IMG/VR virus record: IMGVR_UViG_3300007276_000069
Coordinates: 1-50,601 of that record
Length of the DNA stretch: 50,601 nucleotides
Strand: one strand, 5' to 3'
Origin: a virus
Taxonomy: Duplodnaviria > Caudoviricetes
The translations under genes were made by a program, and so were the position numbers. Each line of letters opens with the position of its first letter. The first letter of the stretch is position 1. A model generated the notes under the pieces. It searched no databases and was not told where the DNA came from. It worked only from the letters and a program-made list of their open reading frames with translations. This document shows positions 9,948 through 19,998 of the stretch, in pieces.

Positions 9948-12418
9948 TGGTATCACCTTTTATGAGTTTTGCAACGGGTGCGCTGCAAGCGGTTGATAAA
10001 AACATTGATAGGTATCGTGCTGAAAAGGCTGCAGAGGAAGAGCGTGCAGACGCCGCTGCACAACGCATGTCAGAACTTGCGTTTCAAAGAGAGACTAGAC
10101 TAGACGTACAAGAATTAGCAGGGAAGCAAAGTAGAGAAGCTGCAGAGATAAAATATAATGGAGAGCGAGGTAACAAAGGTCAAACCTTTGGATCAAAAAA
10201 TAATAGCTTTTATGTTAGAACTGGTGCTACTCCCGACAAAACTGCTATAAATTTAATTAATCAAATCAATGCGAATCCTGAAAAAACTTCTGCAATATTA
10301 AACGATGCTGTAGAAGGTCCAAGGTTAGTGGCTGCAATTAATGGTATGCTTGGACAGGTGAGAAAAACCCAAGGTGAGTTTGGAAGAGCGCAAGAGTTTG
10401 GTGAAGGATATCAAGGTTCAGTACCCTTGAACAATCCTGAAATGTACCTCCGTGCTTTTCACGGAATGAAAAATAAAGATGTGCTAAACTTAGCCCGTCT
10501 CTTTAGCGAAAATACTGCTAAAATGAGAAGCCCAACAGGGAATGTAAATGAAAGCACTCCTCCTCCTCCGGGGACAGATGTAAGTGTTATGGAAAGAGGA
10601 AAGGTTGTAGATTTAGGAGGTTCTGAATTTCCTAATTTTAATACTGCTGCAGAAGCTTATCGCTCTACTAATCTTGGCTTCTCTAACAAACCTTTAGAAT
10701 TTTCTAAACAAAGCTTACTAAAAAAGCTACACACAAATGGTGTTACAGAAGACGAAGCAAAAAACCGTATTTTTCGTGCTGCTTCAAACAAAAGTCTCAT
10801 GACTGTAATATCTGGAACTCTCGCTCCAAGTCAAAAGCAAAAGGATGAAGCTTTAGAGTATGTATTGAATCCAGATAACGGGTTTACAGATAAAGATACC
10901 GGAGAACTTAATATTAATAATTTCTCACAATTTGTTGACTTGTTTGGTAGAAAAATGGCGGGTTCAACTATGTTAGGCTCGGACCCTGCAGAAATAAAGT
11001 TTCAAGGAAATGAAACTTCCGCACAAAAGAAAGAGCTTGAATCTACTATGGTTTTAGGTAGCACGGCCCGTGCAGCGCGTTTAGTCTCTAAAGAGATGAG
11101 AATAAATATTGAACGTTCCGGCGCTGGAGGTAGTATCATTCAAAGAGCTACAGCACTAACGGCTGAAATTCCTGAATTTATTCAATCTAGTGGACAAGTC
11201 CTTAACAGTATCATGCGAGATCGTGGTCTAGGTAATAATATTATGATCGATGCGGCTAATAGAAAAGTAAAGGCTATATCGCAAAAAGCTCAAGATAGGT
11301 TTACAAACACAGCAGCAAAAGCAGAAAAAGCGCGGATAAATTTTCAAAACAATCAAAGTGAAGCAAATCAAGAGGCGCTAGCAGCGTCAAAGCTTGAGAT
11401 GCTTGAGCTTACTTTTGCCTATCAGCTTACGGGCATTCTACAGGGAGGCACTGGTGGTCGAACCATATCAGACCAAGACATTACCAGAGCTATGGCTATG
11501 TTTAGGTCTAAGACAGGAACTGTCCAAAGTCGCCTACAAAAATTAGATTTCATAGACAAGATGTTAAGTGGAGCAGTTAATAAAGAAGTCCTTTTTAATA
11601 TTCTTCAACGTGGAGGAACTAACAAGGATATGTTTGAATCTGTTAAGAATGCTGCTAGACTATTTGAAACGGGTGCTAATTTAAGTAATTTTGACACTGA
11701 AGCTAATAGCTATGCAAAGAAAAATGTTGGGGAGCAGCCCTCTAAAGTTAGAACAAACAACGCTCAAATGATTGTACAATCTGCAGCGCAGATACCTGCT
11801 GTTGCTGATTCTCCAAACTATGTAAAAGGTAGGTATATAGATGGTATTAACATGGTACTTACTCAGGGTGATAAAATAGCTCCCGGTATGATTGTTGGAA
11901 ACAGGTATGTTATTAATGCAAATGCCTTCGATTTATCTCGTAGAATGATACAGCAGTTTCCTAATCAAAGAACACCGGAGATGGCAAAAGGTAGAGAAAC
12001 TGCTCAAAAAAGAGTTAATAGCATGGTTGACTCAGTATTTGATTTAATAACAGGCGAGGTAGTTCCGGCACGATTAGGAACAGAGGTTCAGACGCAAGGC
12101 AAAAATAAAGGTAAAGAGTTTCCCTCTATAATTAGAAATGACGAAGATGTAGCGCCTAAAACTAACCCTGTAGCTTCACCTGTACCTGTAGGGCCTGAAA
12201 CTAACCCTGCAGTTTCACCTGTACCTGTAGCACCCGAAGCTCCAGCAGTACGTTCTACAGTTGGTAGGTCTTTAGAAGATCGAAGAGCGTCAACGCCTTT
12301 GGAAGCATCTACCGTATCAGAAAGAAACACAGAGTCTCAACGAAATGTTAAAGTTATGGAACAAAACAGACAAAGAGCATTGCGTAGCGGTTCTAAACTC
12401 TTTAGCGGGAGACAGTAA
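9947..12418 (+). CDS. Putative internal virion protein
   Basis: 823 aa helical protein, TAATG-coupled, in the internal-core gene position. Confidence 0.5.
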   Translation: MVSPFMSFATGALQAVDKNIDRYRAEKAAEEERADAAAQRMSELAFQRETRLDVQELAGKQSREAAEIKYNGERGNKGQTFGSKNNSFYVRTGATPDKTAINLINQINANPEKTSAILNDAVEGPRLVAAINGMLGQVRKTQGEFGRAQEFGEGYQGSVPLNNPEMYLRAFHGMKNKDVLNLARLFSENTAKMRSPTGNVNESTPPPPGTDVSVMERGKVVDLGGSEFPNFNTAAEAYRSTNLGFSNKPLEFSKQSLLKKLHTNGVTEDEAKNRIFRAASNKSLMTVISGTLAPSQKQKDEALEYVLNPDNGFTDKDTGELNINNFSQFVDLFGRKMAGSTMLGSDPAEIKFQGNETSAQKKELESTMVLGSTARAARLVSKEMRINIERSGAGGSIIQRATALTAEIPEFIQSSGQVLNSIMRDRGLGNNIMIDAANRKVKAISQKAQDRFTNTAAKAEKARINFQNNQSEANQEALAASKLEMLELTFAYQLTGILQGGTGGRTISDQDITRAMAMFRSKTGTVQSRLQKLDFIDKMLSGAVNKEVLFNILQRGGTNKDMFESVKNAARLFETGANLSNFDTEANSYAKKNVGEQPSKVRTNNAQMIVQSAAQIPAVADSPNYVKGRYIDGINMVLTQGDKIAPGMIVGNRYVINANAFDLSRRMIQQFPNQRTPEMAKGRETAQKRVNSMVDSVFDLITGEVVPARLGTEVQTQGKNKGKEFPSIIRNDEDVAPKTNPVASPVPVGPETNPAVSPVPVAPEAPAVRSTVGRSLEDRRASTPLEASTVSERNTESQRNVKVMEQNRQRALRSGSKLFSGRQ
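12155..12232 (+). repeat. 39-bp in-frame tandem duplication
   Basis: Encodes PKTNPVASPVPVG / PETNPAVSPVPVA. Confidence 0.85.
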
Positions 12419-15400
12419 TGGGATTTATTATTGAGCCTGAAGAGGACGAAGAACAGCCACAATTTGCAGTTACGCAACCAATTGTTCCCTCTGAAGAGAT
12501 GTTAGAACAAGTAGAAGCAACTACAGTTAGCGAAGACTCAGAAGATGTAAGGGATATTGCTGCTGCTCTTAGGAGAGCGTACCTTGGAGAACAAGCAGAG
12601 GTAGGAGGTGCACCATCAATTACAGGAGTAGAGCAGCTAACTCGTAGGTCAGAAGATATTGAACGTGCTATTGAAAGGCTTCCGGGTGAAGAGAACACAT
12701 TAGGATTAGCCCGTACTGCGTTTTCAATAGGTAAATTTTTTGTAGACAATATGGTTGGCGTGGCTAATACCCTTGCAGTCCCACTTGGTCTTGTTGATAC
12801 CAGCAGTGCTGATCCTAATGCTCAAGAAACACTTCTCACAAAACCTCAAAAACAATATGAGAAAAAAAGATATGTAGATTATTACGATAGACTTCGTGAA
12901 AAAGAAAACAGGTCTATAGCTGGTGCCGTGCTATCTACTACTAAAAAAATCTTTGACGAGTCTCCTGAGTTAAAAAATGAGGGTGAGTTTGTAAAAGGTG
13001 TTATTGATCGTCTTGCTGGGCAGGTAGGAACGATAACTGCCAGAGAGGCTAACGAACTTACAGGCTACTGGCGACCAGAGGCTAGCACCACAGAACAAGT
13101 TGTTCGGGCTATCCCAGAGTTTATTGGTGGCACAACTTTAGGCATAAGATTTCTTACTCGCAACAAAAGAGCTATAATTAAAGAGTTTGAAGATTTGTCT
13201 GGAGTATCAGTTCTTAAAGCAACAGAGTCTGACATAGTAGAAACCACTGCAAAAATGATGGACAAAGCTGCTTTTCCGTTAGCCAGTGCTTTGAGGCTAG
13301 GTGGAGTGCGTAGAACTATGTATGGCAAGCGTATAGCCAGCAACATTAGAATAAAACAGATGAACCAAAAGTTTCGATCTGCTAATAGGCAGGTAGAGGT
13401 TGCAAGAAGAAAGGTACGGTCTACTAGAAATAAAGCAGATAAAACAGCACTAAGACAGGAAGAAGCTGCGTTACGCGCAGCCCGTTCAGAAAGAATCAAT
13501 GCAATACCAAAGGAGTTAATAGAAATTCCTATTACAGAAGCGGGTGCTATCACTGGCGCTATGATAGGCGGCAACTATTTTGGTGAAGAATATGGCGCTT
13601 TGCTTGGGGCTTTGGGTGGAGGCTTTGGTTCTGTGGTTGGTTTCAGCAGGGTCTACGATTTAGCCGCTGGTTCTGTGAGAGGTGTAGGCTCTTTAATTAC
13701 TAGTTTAGGTGGGAGCATAGGTCTTCTTACAGATGACCAGTTAAGCTCTCTTGCAAAAAAAGGTATTATATCAGGCACATCTAATTTGCCTAAAAGAGAT
13801 CAGAAAGCCCTTGAAGACTTTGCATACTTCATTCGATCTTTGCCTGAACAAGCTAGAGAAAATGCGTTTGCACAGCTAAAGTTTTTTAGAGAAATTCGTG
13901 ACGATCTTGCAGATGCTGGTGTAGACCCTGAAGTTCTTGAAACAACCTTGGGTAAAGCAACAGGACTAGTTCCTTTAATGATGATGAAGAATACGATTAC
14001 AACGTATAAACTTGATTTAGCAAAAGGTGTTGGCAAGGTAGACAAAGAATTAGAAGACTTGTTAAAAAATGAAGACAATATTAATAAAACTCTTGGCGAG
14101 TTTAGAGGTCTTATTGATAATCTTTCTGGTGCCGTTGAGGGAGCGGGAGTACAGAATGAAAAGTTTAATTCTTTTGTAGCAGCCGTTCGTGGAGTGGCTA
14201 CAGAAGAAAACGTCAAACTGACTGCAGACTCCTCCACACTTAAAAACTTAATAGATGATTTTATTGATAAGGCTAGTAATCCAACTATAGGTGGTGCTGC
14301 AGCAGATAAAGAAGCTCTCGAAGAGATTATTGAAATGGCTGTGAAGCAGGGTACACTACAAGCAGATTCTCTTGGTGAAGACGCTTCCCTCATAGCTTTA
14401 AGACAAGAGGCATTGCCTGAATTAGAACGGGCAGGAGTAGAGGCATCTAGTCGGGCAGAGCGTGCAGCCATAGAACGTGAATCGGATGTGTTAAATTTTT
14501 TAACAGACTATTTAGACCCACAAACATATCAAAATAATGCAAAAGAGGCTGCTACAAATCTCTTAGAGTATGCAAAAAGTAGACGGCGCGATATTAAAGG
14601 AAAAGCTAGCGCAAAGTTTGAAGAGTTAAAAAACCTTGATCTGCAGGTAGACATCACTGATTGGTTGAGAGGTCTGTATTCTGATGATGCGTATTCTTCT
14701 GTAATACCCTACGGAAAAAAAGCTAAAGTAAAGCAGAGATTAGCTCAGACTAGAATTGCTAAAGCGTCTACTTTAGATAGTCTTGCTAAAATTGAAGGGT
14801 CTACAGGAGCGCAAAAAGCAGTAGAGAATAGTCCTGAGTTACGACAGGCTATTAGATCAGAAATGTTAGAGGATGGGGTAGAGGTAGGAAATGATGTAAC
14901 CTACAGAGAAGTACGAGATTATATCAAGGATCAGGCAGGTGTAGAAGATATGTCTGACTTTGATGTGTTTATGGTTCTCCGTGAAATATCTGAAAGCTTA
15001 GACCTACCAGAGTTAAAAATAACTGCTAGCATAGAAGATATTCAAAAACTATCTTCATCCTTTTCTACTGATGCTGCCACATATTATAAACGAGGAAAAC
15101 TAGATTTAGCTAAAAGCTCTGATGATCTTGCTCAAGGATTAGTAAATCAAGTTCCTGAAACTGGCGATGTAAACATAAGACAAAAGATAAGAGCGGCTAA
15201 AGAGAACTATATTAACAACGTCATACGCAGGTATCGGGATAAAGACGGAAACCCTATTGGTTTTGAGTTAAACAAAAACATCGATCCTGAAGACGCTGTT
15301 AAAATAATTGACATGAAAAAAATAGTTGCTGGAGACGCGCAGTATGGAACAGATGTAATAAATCAAATAGGTAAAAGTTTTGGTGGATACTACAGTGAAA

Positions 15401-16620
15401 CTGGAGAGTATGTTTTAGGAGATAAAGGAAGATTGATCGTAAGAAACTTAATGAACGATCTTCTGGCTAAACATATTTCGGAAACGGGTACTGTAAGAGC
15501 CGCAAAAAGATTAGCCTCTGGGCCGAAGATGCCTCTCAGCGTGGATCAAAGAGAGCTTTTATCTGGAGTAGGGACGCCGGGGCTTGATCCTGCTAGACAG
15601 GCTGAAAAAGCCAGAGCAGGTCGAGCGTTACAAGAAGAAAGGGTTTTGAAAGAAGCAAGACCAGTTGAATACAGCCCTGCTATGGAGATGTTAGAGGACG
15701 CGGGACTGATAGATTATAATCAAGTTGTACAATACAATAAACATATAGAGATCGCTGAAGGGGTTGCTCCAATTCTATCAGCGACAGATCGTAAAGTAAA
15801 AGCGGATACTCTTAGGGCTGCACGTAAAGTTAAATCTCTGCTGAACGAAAGAGAAAAGTTTCTAAGCGAGTCTATGCGCTATCTTCCAACTCAGGAAGGC
15901 GCTAGAAGTATTGGTGATTATGATAGGTTCTTAGAATTTTTTATCACTAACCCACAAGGAGGACAGCGTTTTGAAGCTATGTTACCACAGATAGCTGACA
16001 AAATGAATAAAAGCCCTGAAGAGGCTCGTAAGATTTTTAAAGATATTACTATTGAGTCTTTATCAAGAGCAACGTATGGAGACATGAGAGAGGTTGCACC
16101 GGGGAGGTATAATAGAGACTTTGATTATCAGGCATTTATTAACTATGTAACCGATCCAAATACTTCAAGTGCTATTCAAAACATAGTAGGAGAAGAGTCT
16201 TTCAATACAATTGCTAGGATGGCTGATTTTATGAATGTGCAGAATCGAGATTTAGCAGCTAGGCTACGAGATTCTGGCATACAAGTTTCAACACCAAAAG
16301 GGTTGTCTGTAGAGTCTCTTCTATCTCGTACCTACAGCATCTCTCGCGGAGTTATTAGCCCTAAATATGTAGCAACAGAGGTTGCACTTCTTAGCTTCAG
16401 AAAACAAAAAGCAAAGGCTCTTTCTCGTATTCTAAGTGACCCAAAAATGGTAGATGCCGTTATTGATATCATTGAATCCGAAGGCACAGACATAAGAAAA
16501 TATAATGGTGATCTGTTTACTGCTTTAATAAACGGACTTGGATACCATGAAAATATGAAAAAAGAAGAAAGAACTAGAGAACAAATTACACAACTAGAAC
16601 TTGATCAATTTAGGAGATAA
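12418..16620 (+). CDS. Large internal virion protein (T7 gp16-like position)
   Basis: 1400 aa, Gly-rich hydrophobic stretch (GAITGAMIGG...GALLGALGGG), last large gene before the lysis cluster. Confidence 0.55.
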   Translation: MGFIIEPEEDEEQPQFAVTQPIVPSEEMLEQVEATTVSEDSEDVRDIAAALRRAYLGEQAEVGGAPSITGVEQLTRRSEDIERAIERLPGEENTLGLARTAFSIGKFFVDNMVGVANTLAVPLGLVDTSSADPNAQETLLTKPQKQYEKKRYVDYYDRLREKENRSIAGAVLSTTKKIFDESPELKNEGEFVKGVIDRLAGQVGTITAREANELTGYWRPEASTTEQVVRAIPEFIGGTTLGIRFLTRNKRAIIKEFEDLSGVSVLKATESDIVETTAKMMDKAAFPLASALRLGGVRRTMYGKRIASNIRIKQMNQKFRSANRQVEVARRKVRSTRNKADKTALRQEEAALRAARSERINAIPKELIEIPITEAGAITGAMIGGNYFGEEYGALLGALGGGFGSVVGFSRVYDLAAGSVRGVGSLITSLGGSIGLLTDDQLSSLAKKGIISGTSNLPKRDQKALEDFAYFIRSLPEQARENAFAQLKFFREIRDDLADAGVDPEVLETTLGKATGLVPLMMMKNTITTYKLDLAKGVGKVDKELEDLLKNEDNINKTLGEFRGLIDNLSGAVEGAGVQNEKFNSFVAAVRGVATEENVKLTADSSTLKNLIDDFIDKASNPTIGGAAADKEALEEIIEMAVKQGTLQADSLGEDASLIALRQEALPELERAGVEASSRAERAAIERESDVLNFLTDYLDPQTYQNNAKEAATNLLEYAKSRRRDIKGKASAKFEELKNLDLQVDITDWLRGLYSDDAYSSVIPYGKKAKVKQRLAQTRIAKASTLDSLAKIEGSTGAQKAVENSPELRQAIRSEMLEDGVEVGNDVTYREVRDYIKDQAGVEDMSDFDVFMVLREISESLDLPELKITASIEDIQKLSSSFSTDAATYYKRGKLDLAKSSDDLAQGLVNQVPETGDVNIRQKIRAAKENYINNVIRRYRDKDGNPIGFELNKNIDPEDAVKIIDMKKIVAGDAQYGTDVINQIGKSFGGYYSETGEYVLGDKGRLIVRNLMNDLLAKHISETGTVRAAKRLASGPKMPLSVDQRELLSGVGTPGLDPARQAEKARAGRALQEERVLKEARPVEYSPAMEMLEDAGLIDYNQVVQYNKHIEIAEGVAPILSATDRKVKADTLRAARKVKSLLNEREKFLSESMRYLPTQEGARSIGDYDRFLEFFITNPQGGQRFEAMLPQIADKMNKSPEEARKIFKDITIESLSRATYGDMREVAPGRYNRDFDYQAFINYVTDPNTSSAIQNIVGEESFNTIARMADFMNVQNRDLAARLRDSGIQVSTPKGLSVESLLSRTYSISRGVISPKYVATEVALLSFRKQKAKALSRILSDPKMVDAVIDIIESEGTDIRKYNGDLFTALINGLGYHENMKKEERTREQITQLELDQFRR

Positions 16621-16622
16621 AA

Positions 16623-16793
16623 ATGGAGTTCATTATTACTATCGTAGTGCTAGCCCTTGCAGTGTTTGGAGGCTTTTCCATCCTTGCGGCTATCACGCCC
16701 AATGAAGCGGACAACAAAAAGGTGCAAGCTATCCTTACCGCTATCAATGTATTTGGTATGAATATTATCAAAGCTAAAAACAAACTTGGCTAA
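16623..16793 (+). CDS. Small holin-like membrane protein (not in ORF track)
   Basis: MEFIITIVVLALAVFGGFSILAAITPNEADNKK...KAKNKLG; AGGAG RBS. Confidence 0.6.
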   Translation: MEFIITIVVLALAVFGGFSILAAITPNEADNKKVQAILTAINVFGMNIIKAKNKLG

Positions 16794-17040
16794 ACTATAT
16801 ATAAAAAAAGAACCAGTGACACTGCGCGTGTACTATTGGATGCCAGACTACAATAACATACTGCAGGAATTTATGTGGCAGTTGCACGATATTGTACCTG
16901 AGTATCCAAGAGTACACCGCTTTCTTAATCACTGGCACCACAACATAGAGGCCGTTATAGAAACGGTGGAGGTATCACATGGGAGAGCAAAAGAAGCTGG
17001 AGCCAGACAGCGAGTACAGCGCACTGGACCTCGACAATGA
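16786..17040 (+). CDS. Usg-like protein
   Basis: YYWMPDYNNILQEFMWQLHDIVPEYPRVHRFLNHW resembles the alphaproteobacterial Usg pattern YxxPDxPxxLQxxxWQxxDxAPxFPxLxxFLxFW. Confidence 0.7.
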   Translation: MAKLYIKKEPVTLRVYYWMPDYNNILQEFMWQLHDIVPEYPRVHRFLNHWHHNIEAVIETVEVSHGRAKEAGARQRVQRTGPRQ

Positions 17041-17293
17041 CGGGGTAGTGAGCGACAAGGAGTTAGCCGTTATGGAAGCTCTGGAGAAAAAGGAAAAGAT
17101 GGAAGCGCAGAAGAAGATGGCGTGGGTAGCTATGGTATCCATGCTTGTGTTCACTGCCCTTGTGTTTTTGCCTATATTTCCTGACACCCGGATTAAAGCA
17201 CTTTCCGACCTGTTTGGGCTTTTCTACATTGGACAGGCAGGTGTGGTTGGAGCGTACATGGGAATGACCGCGTACATGAGTGCTAAGAAGTGA
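16979..17293 (+). CDS. Two-TM membrane protein with EF-hand-like loop (holin candidate)
   Basis: DLDNDGVVSDKE loop followed by two hydrophobic helices. Confidence 0.55.
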   Translation: MGEQKKLEPDSEYSALDLDNDGVVSDKELAVMEALEKKEKMEAQKKMAWVAMVSMLVFTALVFLPIFPDTRIKALSDLFGLFYIGQAGVVGAYMGMTAYMSAKK

Positions 17294-17724
17294 TCAAGAT
17301 ATACATACTTATAGTCGTGCTAGGATTAGTCGGCGGTGTGTGCTATGGCGGATACTATTACTACAAAGATACCCAGGAGAGGATACAGACCCTCACTGAG
17401 AACAATGCCAAGCTAGAAACTGCAAAGCAACTGCAGGACGATACGATCAACGCTATGATCGAAGACCGTGAGAAGTTTGAAGAGCTAAACAACGAACTTC
17501 AAAAGAAACTACAGGCGGCTAATAACTACAGGGACACATTAATTGGTAAGCTGCGTAAGCACAACCTATTAGTCCTTAGTCTGAAGAAACCAAAACTTGT
17601 AGAGAAGAAGATTAATAATGGAACGAAGAAACTCTTTGAGTCCTTTGAAGCTATTTCTGGTGCTATTGCTCCTCCCGCTAGTGGCGACGGGGTGCAGCAG
17701 CTTCCGAAAAGTTCTACCCCTTGA
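17290..17724 (+). CDS. Inner-membrane spanin (Rz-like)
   Basis: N-terminal TM helix plus coiled coil; overlaps the following lipoprotein gene. Confidence 0.65.
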   Translation: MIKIYILIVVLGLVGGVCYGGYYYYKDTQERIQTLTENNAKLETAKQLQDDTINAMIEDREKFEELNNELQKKLQAANNYRDTLIGKLRKHNLLVLSLKKPKLVEKKINNGTKKLFESFEAISGAIAPPASGDGVQQLPKSSTP

Positions 17725-18019
17725 AATAAAAACAGTAGAGGTAGAGCGCAAAATTCCTGCACAGGCTAGACCAAAGAGTGTTAGCCTGAACAACATATAT
17801 TTCTATGTGGTTACTGACAGGAACTTTGGCGATTTTAAAAAGACATTTGAGAAAGAGAACGGCGACTTGGTATTTTATGCCGTGAGTGTGCGCGACTACG
17901 AAACACTAGCACTGAACATGGCAGAACTGAAAAGATATATACAACAACAAAAAGAACTCATAATCTACTATGAGAAAGCTATTAAACCAAAAGAGAAGAA
18001 AGAGACGCCTAAAAAATAA
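17618..18019 (+). CDS. Outer-membrane spanin lipoprotein (Rz1-like)
   Basis: Hydrophobic stretch ending in lipobox-like VATGC; overlaps the i-spanin 3' end. Confidence 0.65.
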   Translation: MERRNSLSPLKLFLVLLLLPLVATGCSSFRKVLPLEIKTVEVERKIPAQARPKSVSLNNIYFYVVTDRNFGDFKKTFEKENGDLVFYAVSVRDYETLALNMAELKRYIQQQKELIIYYEKAIKPKEKKETPKK

Positions 18020-18239
18020 AACTCTGTAAGTCTCTGTGTTGTCGATCACTATAGTCTCGTAGGTATTTTACCAGCGAGACTATTTTTTTTGTGTTTTCAA
18101 AGTCTGGGTTCCACGCATCGAACGCTTCTTCTATATCTTCTGGAGAGGGTGGCCCCTCAAAGTCAATAGATATGTTGCCGTCCTGTGTTAGAGATACAGA
18201 CATCTTATATAATAACGCATCACGCTTCTGGGACATCAT
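18009..18239 (-). CDS. Hypothetical protein
   Basis: Last gene of the leftward operon. Confidence 0.55.
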   Translation of the reverse strand: MMSQKRDALLYKMSVSLTQDGNISIDFEGPPSPEDIEEAFDAWNPDFENTKKIVSLVKYLRDYSDRQHRDLQSFIF

Positions 18240-18381
18240 ATAAAACCTTTAATAAAACTACTATAGATACTATAAGTATCGTTGTAAGCACCCTGTTGCC
18301 GTGTGAGTTTGTTACCGGCAAGGCTAAGTATACGCACAGCCCTAATAAGAATACCATAAGATTTATTAAAAAGTAGGACAT
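18220..18381 (-). CDS. Small two-TM membrane protein (not in ORF track)
   Basis: MSYFLINLMVFLLGLCVYLALPVTNSHGNRVLTTILIVSIVVLLKVLYDVPEA fills the gap between coupled genes. Confidence 0.55.
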   Translation of the reverse strand: MSYFLINLMVFLLGLCVYLALPVTNSHGNRVLTTILIVSIVVLLKVLYDVPEA

Positions 18382-19201
18382 TTTAAAGACTGTTTCATTT
18401 CATGCAAAATGTGGTTGGGGCTTTTGGGCCTGATACCACTATTTCTGTATGTTGTACTTTGTGGGTCTGCGTTTGGACGCCACTTACCGCAAATATTCTT
18501 TCGGCTAACCACTGGTCGAACTCATAGCCTGACATTCCGCTAGTTTCATAGGCTTCCATAACAGCACAATGCCAGCACTCGGATGTGGGATGGGGCAGAG
18601 GAGTCGCTTGCTTACCAGCAGGGCCAGAACAGGTTACAACTAAAGATCGTAACTCTTCAGGAAGTGCCTCAAGTTGCTCCCACCTACCTGATATTGTTTC
18701 TATAAAAGTTCCTGTATCTTCAGGCTCTGGAAAAGCCCACTCTTTAGGTATTTCAAGTTCTCTTATTACAGTTGATCCCCAGTAAACTTTCTTACCTGTT
18801 CTCTCTAGTATACTTTTTATAGCCCAGTAGCAATCCGTGCTAGTGTTCTCTAAGCTATATCCATAGACTATGGCATCACAGTTCTCTTTAACAAGAACGT
18901 CAGCCATGTTTTCAAATCTATCTATCAAGTTTCCATAGTTAGTTAAATGCCTAAAGCCTTTACGTATTGGTCTGTAGTCATAGTAAGTCTGTCTGCTTAT
19001 GGGTGGGAGCAAAGTGAAAGAACGAGTGTTTTTTTCTAGCCACTCTTTAACTCGCATTACAGCAAGCTCCTCTACAGAGTAGAGTTCGTATCCATACTCT
19101 TTAAAAAATATAGATACTATTTCATGGTCGCTTTCTTTAAGCCATCTCCATAGAGCATATGTAGAGTTTACACCACCAGACATGGGAATGAGAACTTTCA
19201 T
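18366..19201 (-). CDS. PP-loop (QueC-like) protein, copy B, with apparent 1-nt deletion near the 3' end
   Basis: MKVLIPMSGGVNST at 19201 (ATGA overlap); paralogous to 3665..4486; homology changes frame at 18488/18489; as sequenced the ORF stops at 18395. Confidence 0.65.
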
Positions 19202-19671
19202 GGGCCTAGCTCTTCTATTGGCAGGTTGTAACAATCAGCACGAAATACAAAACCATTGCTGGGGTCATAGTCGCCTCTCTTATGTTCTGTGGCTTTTAGA
19301 AAGAAATCATTCTTCTTTATAACACCTAAGAACCAGCCTACGGATAGATCGTATTTCACTCGTACAAAAGCATAGGCATCACACTTTTGTGATGTATTAA
19401 ACTTAGCTACAGAACAGGAATAGTAAGGTAGGGGGGGAGAGGATGTTCTCTTAGTCTTTACATCTACTTTTGTACCGTCATCAAGAACAACATCGTAATC
19501 AAAGGTGTTATCTGGCTTGCCACCCAGAACGCTTACGACTAGCATCTCCCCCAGATATCCAGATTGAGAACCACCGCTTCGCATGATCGAGTTGTTTAGC
19601 TCTCCAAGCATGAAAGCTTTACGATCAGCCGCCTGTCGCATGTCCTCAGTTATCTGGATTTCTTTTATCAT
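19198..19671 (-). CDS. PD-(D/E)XK-like nuclease-fold protein
   Basis: GYLGE...DYDVVLDDGTKVDVKTK. Confidence 0.5.
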   Translation of the reverse strand: MIKEIQITEDMRQAADRKAFMLGELNNSIMRSGGSQSGYLGEMLVVSVLGGKPDNTFDYDVVLDDGTKVDVKTKRTSSPPLPYYSCSVAKFNTSQKCDAYAFVRVKYDLSVGWFLGVIKKNDFFLKATEHKRGDYDPSNGFVFRADCYNLPIEELGP

Positions 19672-19997
19672 TAGTCAGTGCTATGGAGAGGGTGTACTTC
19701 TACTTCCCTCTTTTTTCTTTCTTCTTGTATGCGCGTGTTAGTCTGGCGTAACTCGTCTGCCTCACTCTGCGTGCTTTCATCACCAAGGCTACCAAGGCGC
19801 TCTGCGACTACAGAGGGCAGAATACCTTTCATAGCACATTCCTTGGCGTCTTCCCATGTCCCACTCGCGGCTACTTGGCCGTTACCGAGACGGAAGTTAC
19901 CATCTTCATCGTAACCACAGTCACTACTAATAGTAGCTGCAGCCGTAGTTAACGTAAGTGCGGCTATTGCAACACCCGATAAAACTATCTTCTTCAT
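19671..19997 (-). CDS. Hypothetical exported protein
   Basis: MKKIVLSGVAIAALTLTTAAA signal peptide; two Cys. Confidence 0.55.
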   Translation of the reverse strand: MKKIVLSGVAIAALTLTTAAATISSDCGYDEDGNFRLGNGQVAASGTWEDAKECAMKGILPSVVAERLGSLGDESTQSEADELRQTNTRIQEERKKREVEVHPLHSTD

Positions 19998-19998
19998 T

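Noticed and set aside
702-14471. Many antisense ORFs in the track (e.g. 1220..1606, 2012..2518, 13065..13574, 13800..14471)
   Set aside because: Shadows of long sense genes; no RBS or motifs
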